DNA of 64,000 nt, from the NCBI GenBank assembly GCA_026936335.1, contig JAPMXV010000052.1:248001-312000 (forward strand). The letters run 5' to 3'. This DNA is from Mantamonas sphyraenae STR306 (Eukaryota > Protista > CRuMs). This document shows, one piece after another, positions 9,801-21,199 of the stretch. Position 1 is the stretch's first letter; every line of letters starts with the position of its first letter. The position numbers and the translations under genes were made by a program. The notes under the pieces are model-generated. The model had not been told where the DNA came from and searched no databases. It saw only the letters and a program-made list of their open reading frames with translations.

Positions 9801-12800
9801 ATGGATATGGACACAGGCACGGTAGAAGAGGTAGAGGTAGAGGTGGAGGAGGTGGTGGTGGAGGTGGAGGTGGAGGGAACGGGGCAGGATGCAGTGGGCT
9901 GTGGGAGGGTTGGGGTGGACAGGACGGTGGACAGTTTGACAGGGCAGCGGGAGGAAACGCGAGGCGCGAAAAAGCGTGGGGTAAAGAGGAAGCGAGCGAC
10001 GATGGACGCCGACGGTATGGACACAGACAAGATAGTGGCGGTGGGGGTGGAGGAGGGAACGGGGCAGGAACCGGGCGCCGCGGAGAAGAAGCGCGCTGGA
10101 AGGGGTGGCAAGGACAAGAAGAAAACAAAGGACGGCAAAAAGAGGCGAGGCAAACGTGGTGGCAAGCATGCTGCGGACGCGGAGGAGGAGATGAGCGGTG
10201 GTGGCCGGCACCGGCTGCGTCATGTGTTCACCGTCGCGGAGCAAAGAAAGGGGAATGTGAAACCGAAGAGCATCACAGCGGCCGTTGAGACGCGGGAGGT
10301 GGATAGATGTGTGGATGCGCGCCTGTTCCGGTACGAGAACGGGAATGTGGGCGCTGGCAAGTCGCGCGGGAGAGGGAGGGTTCATGAGATCGTCGGGAAA
10401 CAGGCGGTGGCGACGGGGGCTGATTTTGAAGGGAAGGAGCTGGTGCTTGCGGTCGATGTCAGCGCCATGCTCGTGCCCAGACTGCTGAAAACACAGGTGG
10501 TGACGAAAGGAGTGCGGAAGGCGGCCCTGGTGGAGATTCTGGACGACATTGTGCGCGTTGAGGCACCGCGCAACAGCGAGTTTGTGCACACGGTGATGTG
10601 CTGCGACCGGAAGGCCGACTCGCAAGAGCGTTTCTCGTCTGTGACCTTTGCTGTCCATGCGCAGCGTGTGGCAGACAGTTTGGACCGGTTGCGGGGGGTG
10701 GCAAGGGCGGTGGCAAAGGGCAAGGAGCTGGAGCAGGTTTGGGCTGCGCCGAGGAGCATTTCGCTCACCAAGAACAGCCTGGAGAGCGTGTATGCAATGG
10801 TGTGTGAGCTGGGCGTGCAGAGAGGCTGGACGGATGGGAACGAGGCCACCCGTTCAAACAAGCTCACCACCGGTGACGAGGTGGTGCGCAGGCTGCTATG
10901 CTGTCAGGAAGGGCAAGGCGGAGTGGCTGAGAACGCGTGTGTGTACGTGCACACGCGTGATACGGACCTGATGAACTCGTGGGCTCGGGCAGACGTGACG
11001 GTGATGTCGGTTTACCAGAGCGAGTTGTACCTGTACGACAGCTCGGAGATGCGGATCCATTGCGTTTACGCAGCCCTGCACATGCACTCGGACCTTGTCC
11101 GCTTCGTACGCGCCCCACCTCTGTACTGGCTGGAAGAGGGTCATCTGGACGCGTTGGTTGCGGGGGAGGTGCGCGTCGTGGATCTCGTGTATGGGACCTT
11201 GATTGAGCGCAACCTGGCGGTGACCAGCTTGCTTGCGGGCGTGGAAGCCACAGGGACGGCGCGGGCACGTGATCACGTTGAACTTCTCAAGGAGCACGCG
11301 GCGGCATACGCTGCGTCGGTGAGGCAGCATCTGCTGTTGTTTTATGTGCCGGTGGACGTGGTGGACAAGATGGTGCCGGAGCAGATGGACACGGGTGCGT
11401 TTGGGAATCGGTGTGTGCTGGAGTTGGACACGCGCGGGTTGTCGGAGCTGGAGGTGATGGAGGAGGTGGAGGAGGGATTTGACGAGGTGATGTGGTTGCA
11501 GGATGACGGTGAGGATGTTTGGGAGGTCGAATGGATGGTGGGGGATGAGGAGGATGAGGACGGAGTGCTGGATTGGGGCGAGGATGGCCTGGGCGTGGTC
11601 GATGGTGATGTCATGGTGGTGGAGGACAGCCAGGAGGATGATGAGGTGGTGGAGGACAGCCAGGAGGATGATGAGGTGGTCGAGGACAGCCAGGAGGATG
11701 ATGAGGTGGTCGAGGACAGCCAGGAGGATGATGAGGTGGTGGTGGAGGGTGAGGATGGCCTGGAGGCCGACGATGCGATGGTGGTGGAGGACTGCCAGGG
11801 GAATGGGGTGGTGGAGGATGAGGAGTACGGGGTGGTGGAGGAGTACTGGGTGGTGGAGGATGAGGAGTACGGGGTGGTGGAGGAGTACTGGGTGGTGGAG
11901 GATGAGGAGTACGGGGTGGTGGAGGAGTACTGGGTGGAGGATGAGGAGTACGGGGTGGTGGAGGAGTGCTGGGTGGTGGAGGATGAGGAGTACGGGGTGG
12001 TGGAGGATGAGTACTGGGTGGAGGAGGATGAGGAGTACGGGGTGGTGGAGGATGAGTACTGGGTGGTGAAGGATGAGGAGGACGACGTGGTGGAGGACAG
12101 CCAGGAGGATGATGAGGTGGTGGTGGAGGGTGAGGATGGCCTGGAGGCCGGCGATGCGATGGTGGTGGAGGACAGCCAGGGGAATGGGGTGGTCGAGGAC
12201 AGCCAGGAGGCCATCGGAGGGGGGGCTGCTGAGGACGAGATTGTCATCAGCTCGCTTTTCCTCGAGTACCAGCGTGAGTTCGGCCTGGGTGATCGGGGGC
12301 ACCTGATGCCGGGCAGCACCTACCTTCGAATCGCCCAGGATGTGCAAAAGTCGGGTGGCAGCCTCGCACGGGCACTGGCAGCCGAAAGGGAGGGAACGGT
12401 GGCCAGATGGAAAAGGGGAACAGTGCGTGGCCAGCGTGCAGCTGAACCAGCAGATCAACGTACCCGTGGCGACGACAGCGTGTTGGGAGGACGGAGGGCT
12501 CGCGAGCTGCGCGTGGAAGACACTCAGGAGATGGTGGGACTGCGCAAGGCGCTGGAGCTCGAGACGACGGCCGGATTCGTGGATTTGAGTGACCACTTTG
12601 TCGCTCAGAGCAACGAGGAGAAATCAGACAAGGACAAGAAGAACGGGGTTGAAGACCGGCTGGGAAGGCACGCGTGCTTGAGGGTCAACAACGAGACGAG
12701 CTGCGAGAGAGTACGCGAGTGTGTCGACGTTTTGTTTTCCGCGGACAAGAACAGCGGGCAGCAAGGCAGCCGTGTCGACAGCACACTCAGCGCAGTACTC

Positions 12801-15613
12801 GGGGACAAGGGCGATCCCTTGTTTGTGCACACGCGCAACGAAGCGTCCAAGTCCGAGCAGGGGCGGCAAGACGCCTTTGCCTCCGATTCGGCCACCTTCG
12901 CCATCGGCTCTGTCAGCGACCTCGCGCACAGTGAGCTGATGGGGCCCAGTGAGGTTGAGATCGTGGAGCTCGCTGGCGAGGTGTTCCGTGTCGCCGTGGC
13001 TATGTGTGTGGATTTGCTTCATGCGTTTGCGCCAGAGCACGCAGTGTGCAATGCAGCGTGGTTTCGTGAGCGTATCAGGACGACGGAGAAGGGCAGCACG
13101 TTTGCGATACAGGTGTGCCTGGAGAAAGACTGGGTGGCGGTGGACGCAAGAAGTGCCCTGGTCTGCGGGGAGGACCAGGTGTGGCGTGTTTGGCGGGACG
13201 GTGGTCCCGTACGTACCTACCCGTCCGAGATTCCGCGTGGGGCGCTGTTGAAGCGAGCAATCGCAAGGACCCAGCAGTTGTGTGCCAATGTGCTGGTCGC
13301 TCACCTGCGTCTGTGGTTGCTGTACATCGTGCGCGAGTTTGAGCCGGAGCTCTCGCAAAGTCATGTGAGACGCGCGCTCGACCTGTGCGCACCGGACGAT
13401 GGTGAGCAGGAGGGAGGAGAGAACGAACAACCGAGCGAGCACGTGATGCTCGTGCTGGATGACGTGCTGGATGAGCTGGGCGTGCGTGTGGGGGCGAAGG
13501 AGCTGGTCAGCGCATCAGCCGCCAGTCTCAAGGACGAGCATCGTGTCGCCATTCATACGCTGGGCTTGGAAGCAACAAGCATGGGATGCACGCATGCAGT
13601 GTGGCCGACAAAAAGGGCCCACAACGAGCAGCTTTGCATGGAGAAGGAGGAAGTGGGAGGGGTGCTGTTCGCACGCTGCATTGCGCGGCGTCTTCACGCT
13701 CTCTCACTGGATGAAGATGTGGAAGAATCCCGCCGTTGTGCGGCGAGCAGGGTGCTGAGCGACGCAGCAGCGGCGGAACCCTCTGTGGATGATTGGCTGC
13801 GGAAGCTTAGCCATGTGAATTGTGGCCAGTATGTGCACAGCCTGCGCGTCTCCATCACGTACCACATGCTTCAGACGCCAGAGACCCATTGCTTGTTCCT
13901 ACCAGCAAGCATCCAAGCATGCAAGCAGGCTGTGTACACGACGGCCACGGGGTTGCAGACCCTGCTTGCTGTTCCCGTGGACGACGACAGCCGGCTAATC
14001 GACCAGCGCGGCTCGATCTACACCGATGCCCTTGCTTTGGCGGCACTGGATGTGTGCGGCGGGGCTTCATCAATCTCGAGCGCCGGATGGCACAAGGCGA
14101 AGAAGAGTCTGTGGCTGAATGCCAGCGGGCTAAGCGTGTCTGTGCACGTCCCTGTATCCATGTTGCACACGCGGCATTGGTGGCTGGATCCGTGGGAGGG
14201 GTACCAATTGGAGTACCTGGTGCTGCCCGACCGCATGGGCAGCCTTCAGCCCGTTCTGCGATCCGCGCTGCGCCTCGTTCGGTTTGCAGATGCAACCATT
14301 GAGAACAGCCGCTCGGACGACGTTACGGAGAAGCAGTGGGTGGACTTTTTGACAAGCGGTGCCATTCGCGGCGAGTGCAAAGGCCCTGCGCGCGTGGTCG
14401 ACGTGCCGATTCCAGGCAGCAGGGCACAGTTCTTGTATGGCGCGGAGCAGGACGAGCCTGTCGTCGACAAGGAACTCGATGCCCACAAGAAGAACAGGCG
14501 TCTGTTGTACCGGGCCGAACGGGTCGCGCGGAACCTGGACGAGATTGCCATGCATGTCGCAGACTTTGAAGTGCGCAGCGAGGAGGACGAGGGGGGAGGC
14601 GGCGAGGACATCAGGTCGCTGCGCAGGGACATTCGCGCGCGTGCAGATACCATCCTGGAGGAATGGCTGCCTATGTCGTACGAGCGGTTGCGCGAGTTGC
14701 GATTGGTGGGGGGGCATTCGATGCCCCGGCGCCCGCACGGGCAAGTTCGCAGTGCCACAGCGTTGCTGGGCCTTTCGGTGAAGGCCAGAGACCGACTACA
14801 GTACGCAGGGTTGGACCCAGGCAAGTACGGTTGTGTGGGCAAGCTTCTGTTGCCCAAGGAAGGCGGTGGGACGTTGATCAACTTTTCTCCACCCTCTTCC
14901 CGGGGCACTCTGGCTGCGGTTGGTGCCGGACAGCGCAACGCAGAGGTCGCACGGGAGGTCAAGGACAGGCTGGCCCAGCTGCCAGAGCGCGGCGATAGCA
15001 CGGTCCACCAGGCACGGGCGATCAAGGAAAGCGTGTGGTTGGAGAAAGGGGACGTGCGGGATCTGCACAAGCGGGCAGCGCGGAGAGGTCGCAGTCGTTG
15101 GCTCGGCGAGCTCATGCGGGCAGAGAAGGAGGAGATCACGGTCGGGAGAGCGGGCAAGGTGGAGGTGACACAAGTGCGGAACGGACGCGTGACCCTGCTG
15201 TGTGTGGGCAATGGGTTCCGCGGCGGAGGGCAGAAAGCAAGCTTGTGGCGGAGGCTGCGTCCGAGTTTATTGTGATCCAAGTTAATGAGCACAACACGAC
15301 GCGGCTGTGCAGTCGGTGTGGTGGTCTGAATGACTTTGTGCACGGGACAAAGGCGACGGCGCGCGTGGAGTACTGCAGAAGGTGCAAGGTGCACATGCAC
15401 AGGGATCGCGGGTCGGCCACGTCGATTGCTTGTATTGTTTTGGGAGAGGTGTCGAGCTCGCCTGTGTGGTGCTTTTCAAGCAAGGTGTGGAGTCGACGAG
15501 CCAAAAGTCGGCGGTTGCGGCGGAAGTTGGGAGTGCACGCGCATATGGATCTTGTAGAGGGTGGTGGTGGGACAGGGGAAGGGGCGGTGAGGAGCAGGCC
15601 GGTGCTGTGGTAG
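9801..15613 (+). CDS. Giant PIN(FEN1/XPG-like)-Fanzor/TnpB-like RuvC fusion protein, copy 1 (~1,940 aa; 1-nt frameshift at ~15262)
   Basis: N-terminal LAVDVS (10455), MCCDRK (10605), TGDE (~10875), HTRDTDL (10959). C-terminal GLDPG (RuvC-I D, 14814), LCVGNG, IQVNEHNTTRLCSRC (RuvC-II E, 15287), CRRC..HRDRGSATSI (zinc finger, RuvC-III D, 15404). ORFs 9588-15275 and 15035-15613 join at LWRRLR/EFIVIQVNE. Confidence 0.8.
11610..12210 (+). repeat. Coding acidic tandem repeats (VVEDSQEDDE, VVEDEEYGVVEEYW) inside copy 1
   Basis: In-frame 30-bp and ~42-bp repeats visible in DNA and protein. Confidence 0.9.
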
Positions 15614-15649
15614 GGGATTGAGCAAAGGTGGAAGGGGGGAGGGGGGAGG

Positions 15650-18356
15650 GGAGGCCGGGAGCAGTCAAGGCCATTGGGGGGACAGGATACTACCTGTCCT
15701 GTGCATGAGAGTGAGTGTGGAGAGATGTGGAGGGGGGGGGGTGTGGGGGGGGAGTGGGGTGGCGGGGGTGGGGGTGGGTCGATTGGTTTTCGAGCGCAGC
15801 CGCGTGGGGTCAGGGTGAGGGGCTGACACGGAGTGAGGGCTGGTACACACGCAGATGCGACGCGTTTGACTTGCGGTACGATTGTGAACGAGCCTGGGGA
15901 GATGTGGAGTGTGTTGGTGGAGTGCGGGGAGGACGGGGGACGGGAGAGGTGGGATGAACGGCGTGGTGGTGGAGTGATGGAGATGGGTTGGAATGGGTGG
16001 TGTGGAGGCGGTGGTGGCTGCACTGGGGTGTATGTGTGTGTGTTGATGGGGTACGGGAGGGGGCGGGGGAAGGAGGGGGCGGAGAGGTGGGGCGGGGGAA
16101 GAAGGGAGGACTGGGCGGCGTGGTGGTTGGGGAGGCCGGGAGCAGTCAAGGCCATTGGGGGGACAGCATACTACCTGTCCTGTGCATGAGAGTGAGTGTG
16201 GAGGGATGTGGGGGGCGGGGGGTGGGGGTGGGTCGATTGATTACCAGGCGCCGCCGCGTGGGGCCGGGGTGAGGGGCTGACACGGAGTGAGGGCTGGTAC
16301 ACACACAGATGCGCAGCGTCTGACTTGCGGTACGATTGTGAACGAGCCTGGGGAGATGTGTGTGTGGAGTGGAGTGCGGGGAGGACGGGAGACGGGAGAG
16401 GTGGGATGAACGGCGTGGTGGTGGAGTGGTGGAGATGGGTTGGGATGGGTGGTGTGGAGGCGGTGGTGGCTGCACTGGGGTGTATGTGTGTGTGTTGATG
16501 GGGTACGGGGGGGGGGCGGGGGATGAGGGGGCGGAGAGGTGGGGCGGGGGAAGAAGGAAGGACCGGACGGCATGGTGGTTGGGAAGGCCGGGAGCAGTCA
16601 AGACCATTGGGGGACAGCATACTACCTGTCCTGTGCATGAGAGTGAGTGTGGAGGGATGTGGGGGGGGGAGTGGGGTGGCGGGGGTGGAGTGGGGTGGCG
16701 GGGGTGGGGGTGGGTCGATTGTGGGGCCAAGGGTGAGAGGCTGACACGGAGTGAGGCTGGTACACACACACAGATGCGCAGCGTCTGACTTGTGGTACGA
16801 TTGTGAACGAGCCTGGGGAGATGTGGAGTGTGTCGGTGGAGTGAGGGGAGGACGGGAGACGGGAGAGGTGGGATGAACGGCGTGGTGGTGGAGTGGTGGA
16901 GATGGGTTGGGATGGGTGGTGTGGAGGCGGTGGTGGCTGCACTGGGGTGTATGTGTGTGTGTTGATGGGGTACGGGGGGGGCGGGGGATGAGGGGGCGGA
17001 GAGGTGGGGCGGGGGAAGAAGGAAGGACTGGGCGGCATGGTGGTTGGGAAGGCCGGGAGCAGTCAAGACCATTGGGGGCAGCATACTACCTGTCCTGTGC
17101 ATGAGAGTGAGTGTGGAGGGATGTGGGGGGGGGAGTGGGGTGGCGGGGGTGGAGTGGGGTGGCGGGGTGGGGTGGGTCGATTGTGGGGCCAAGGGTGAGA
17201 GGCTGACACGGAGTGAGGCTGGTACACACACAGATGCGCCGCGTCTGACTTGTGGTACGATTGTGAACGAGCCTGGGAGATGTGGAGTGTGTCGGTGGAG
17301 TGCGGGAGGACGGGAGACGGGAGAGGTGGGATGAACGACGTGGTGGTGGAGTGGTGGAGATGGGTTGGGATGGGTGGTGTGGAGGCGGTGGTGGCTGCAC
17401 TGGGGTGTATGTGTGTTTGTTGATGGGGGTACGGGAGGGGGCGGGGGGGGGCGGAGAGGTGGGGCGGGGGAAGGACCGGACGGCATGGTGGTTGGGAAGG
17501 CCGGGAGCAGTCAAGACCATTGGGGGGACAGCATACTACCTGTCCTGTGCATGAGAGTGAGTGTGGAGGGATGTGGGGGGGGGAGTGGGGTGGCGGGGGT
17601 GGAGTGGGGTGGCGGGGTGGGGGTGGGTCGATTGATTTCCAGGCGCCGCCGCGTGGGGCCAAGGGTGAGAGGCTGACACGGAGTGAGGGCTGGTACACAC
17701 ACAGATGCGAAGCGCCTGACTTGTGGTACGATTGTGAACGAGCCTGGGGAGATGTGGAGTGTGTGTTGGTGTGCGGGGAGGACGGGAGACGGGAGAGGTG
17801 GGATGAACGGCGTGGTGGTGGAGTGATGGAGATGGGATGGAATGGGTGGTGTGGAGGCGGTGGTGGCTGCACTGGGGTGTATGTGTGTTTGTTGATGGGG
17901 TACGGGAGGGGCGGGGGATGAGGGGGCGGAGAGGTGGGGCGGGGAAGAAGGGAGGACTGGGCGGCGTGGTGGTTGGGGAGGCCGGGAGCAGTCAAGGCCA
18001 TTGGGGGGACAGCATACTACCTGTCCTGTGCATGAGAGTGAGTGTGGAGGGATGTGGGGGGGGGGAGTGGGGTGGCGGGGGTGGCGGGGGTGGGGGATGG
18101 GGGTGGGTCGATTGGTTTTTTGAGCGCAGCCGCGTGGGGTCAGAGTGAGAGGCTGACACGGAGTGAGGGCTGGTACGCACACAGATGCGAAGCGCCTGAC
18201 TTGTGGTACGATTGTGAACGAGCCTGGGGAGATGTGGAGTGTGTCGGTGGAGTGAGGGGAGGACGGGAGACGGGAGAGGTGGGATGAACGGCGTGGTGGT
18301 GGAGTGGTGGAGATGGGATGGAATGGGTGGTGTGGAGGCGGTGGTGGCTACACTGG
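15650..18356. repeat. Tandem array of ~6 units of 448-481 bp immediately downstream of Fanzor-like copy 1
   Basis: Anchor GCAGTCAAG at 15661, 16142, 16594, 17059, 17507 and 17988. Shared GGACAG-CATACTAC-CTGTCC palindrome and CAGATGC..GCGTCTG hairpin. Confidence 0.95.
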
Positions 18357-20317
18357 GACGGTGGTGGAGAATATACAACGGTGGGGTGGGAGTGGTGAAA
18401 TGATTCAGTCACCTCAGCGTGCGAGTGAGTACATGTGTGGGTAGGGTCGATCGAGATAGCGGGACGTCCCCGTGCCCTGAGTGCGTGGATGGACGGAAGG
18501 GTAAGTCTTGTTCGCAGAAGACGCAGTGGCGATTGCGGAGGATCAACGCTGGCACGGCGGAACGGCGGGGATGGAGACGTTGAATGGGGTGGCCGGGAGG
18601 GAGTGACATTGGGGTACTGGTGAACGGGGATGGATGAAGTTATGCAGGGTGTGATGAATGAGGGGTGGGGTGGTGGAATACGGAATGAGGGCGGAAAGGT
18701 GGGGGGGGGGGGGGGTGGAAGGGCGACGCTGCCGAATGAGGCGATGGGAGGTTTGGTAGGGGGGTTGCGCACAGTGTAGGAGCCGGCAAGGACGTGCAAG
18801 GGAGGAGTGGGTGCTTTGGTGAGTATTTCGGGATTATTGCGGGTGAGTGAGCTGTTCGTGATGTGGATGGCTGAATGGAGTTGGACGCTTTCGTCGATTG
18901 GTGTGTGTGGAGTTGGAGAGTAGGATGGCTGGGTTCCTGGGGCAAGGAGATTAAGAGAGACACGCTTTTGTGGGGAATTGTGATTTTGTTGGCTGCCACA
19001 CAGCTGATCCCAAGCGACAGCCAGTGCACTGCGCGGTTCCACTCTCCAAGCCGTGTTCCACATTGGACGGCCTAAGTGAACTGCGACGTATTGTTGATCC
19101 CTTCTATTGGAGCAGTCTCACATTGGCGTGCTCATGAGTGTTGGTGGGATGAATATGGAGAAATTTGGGGGTTGGCTGGGGGTGGGGGGATGGGAGTGAG
19201 AAGGAGGGACGGTGGGACGGGGCTGCGGTGGGGAGTGTGGCAGTGTGTGGGTGGGAATTGTCGGCGACGTGGACAAGGCAAGAGGTGATCAAGAAACGCT
19301 TTTGACGTACAAGGACAGACTGGCAGGTTCTGAGCGACAGGTTGGGAGTCAAGAGGGCGTACGGGGTGCAGGGGAGGGTGGAGTGTGGCGGTGGATGGGT
19401 GGAAACCGTATGTGTGGGAAGGGTGTGTGAGAGTGGGGGAGCGTGGGTATGGGCGGAGCAGGTATATGAGCCAATGTGGTGGGGTGTGCTGTAGACAGGC
19501 GAGCCGGTGATGAAGGTGGTTGAGGCGGGAAGAGCGCGGGGAAAGAGGGGGGGGTGAAGGGAGTGATTGTTGTTTGGAGGAAGGATTGGAAGAGGAGGTC
19601 GAGCATGATGCCATTTCCTTGCGCAGGTTGATAGAGAATCTGCGCATGGAGTTGTGCCGCAACGTCGCAGTCAATGATTGTGAGGCGTGAGCTTGTCGAT
19701 GTGGACGCCATGAAGGAAGGCCTGCGTGAAGAAGTGGCCCAACTGGAACAGCAATTGGATGAGGGATGGGAGGAGGGTGTGTTGCATACTGCAGTGGCAA
19801 ATGGGTTTGCGGTTTGTGGTGTGAGGGGGAAAGTGGAGGATGAGAATTGGATAAGAATCGGGAAACCCGGGAAACCCGGGAAGGGCAGAAAGTGGCAGGT
19901 TGGGAGGCGATGACCATCTCCCAACGGAATGTATGTTCAGGGGACGTCATTTGAGCATGATGGGATGGTGGAAATGCAAAACGAATGCAGCTTCAGCCGG
20001 GTCCGAGTGGGGTGGAGGGGGGGGGGTGGAGGAGGATGGAGGCTGAGATGCGGGCGGGGAGGGGGGGGGGGGGAGGGGAGAGGGGCACTGGGAAAGGAGA
20101 AGGGGGTTAGGGCGAGTGCGACGAAAGAAGCAGAATTGGCAGGATGGAAGAGGAGGCCACGCACAACCTCGTGTATTGCCGAGAAGAAAATGGGGATGCC
20201 GAGAAGAAAATGGGGATGGGGCGGAGGTGGTGGATAGCTGCGCTTTGTGGTCGTTACACTGCACGAATTCGCCACTAACCAAAAATTTGACCAATAACTC
20301 ACTTTTAGTAGTTGCCC

Positions 20318-20390
20318 GCTTCAGTAGCTAAGTGGTCAAGGCGCCTGACTTGTAATCAGGAGATCCCCGGTTCAAATCCGGGCTGAAGCT
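20318..20390 (+). tRNA. tRNA-Thr(TGT)
   Basis: Acceptor stem GCTTCAG/CTGAAGC, D-arm TAGCTAAGTGG, anticodon arm CCTGA-CT-TGT-AA-TCAGG, T-loop GTTCAAATC; 73 nt. Confidence 0.95.
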
Positions 20391-20392
20391 TC

Positions 20393-20399
20393 TTTTTTT
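20393..20399 (+). terminator. RNA polymerase III terminator (T7)
   Basis: Seven Ts 2 nt after the tRNA 3' end. Confidence 0.85.
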
Positions 20400-20676
20400 G
20401 ATGCATTTCCACCATCCCATCATGCTCAAATGACGTCCCCTGAGCATACACTCGCTTCGGGAGTACTCGTTGCCTCCCGACCGGCCACTTTCTCGCCCTT
20501 CTCCGGGTTTCCCAAATTTCCCTCTGCCCATTCCTCACACATCGCAGAACCCCTCTGCAACTGTAAAACTTTACATGCATGCAATACACCCTCTTTCCAT
20601 CCCACATGCATCTCACATCCGTCACCACGAATCATTCATCCCCAAACACCTCCTCCTCCAAACAACAACAAACCCA

Positions 20677-20885
20677 CCCGCCACTCCCTTCGCCTCCCAC
20701 CCGCCACTCCCTTCGCCCCCCCACCTGCCACTCCCTTCGCCTCTCACCCGCCACTCCCTTCGCCTCTCACCTGCCACTCCCTTCGCCTCCCACCCGCCAC
20801 TCCCTTCGCCTCTCACCCGCCACTCCCTTCGCCTCTCACCCGCCACTCCCTTCGCCTCCCACCTGCCACTCCCTTCGCCTCCCAC
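20677..20885. repeat. 23-bp minisatellite (CCCGCCACTCCCTTCGCCTCYCA), ~9 copies; ~6 copies at 25452-25592 in the other arm
   Basis: Directly visible. Confidence 0.9.
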
Positions 20886-21199
20886 CTTCCCCCCCCCTCT
20901 TCCCGCCTCAACCACCTTCATCCCCGGCTCGCTTGTTTACAGCACACCACACCACATTGGCTCATGTACCAGCTCCGCCTTTACCCACGCTCCTCCATCT
21001 CTCTCACCCTCCCCAGGCATACGCGTTCCACCCACCCGCCACACTCCACCCTTCCTGCATCCCATACGCCCTCTTGACTTCCACCCTGTGTCTCGGCGTT
21101 TGCCGATCCGTCCTTGTGCGTCCCACATGTTTCTTGATCTCCTCTGCTCCCGACGACGTCAACACCCAAAAAATCACTCTCCCATGTTCTACAGTATTT

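Larger units (their letters stand above)
18997..21151 (+). repeat. Left arm of a ~2.1-kb near-identical inverted repeat
   Basis: Reverse complement of 25187-27311; matching ORFs on opposite strands (e.g. 19674-19913+ and 26339-26578-). Confidence 0.95.

Noticed and set aside
15650-18356. Canonical CRISPR array beside a Cas12-like gene
   Set aside because: Units are ~470 bp and the variable parts are related alleles, not unique spacers.
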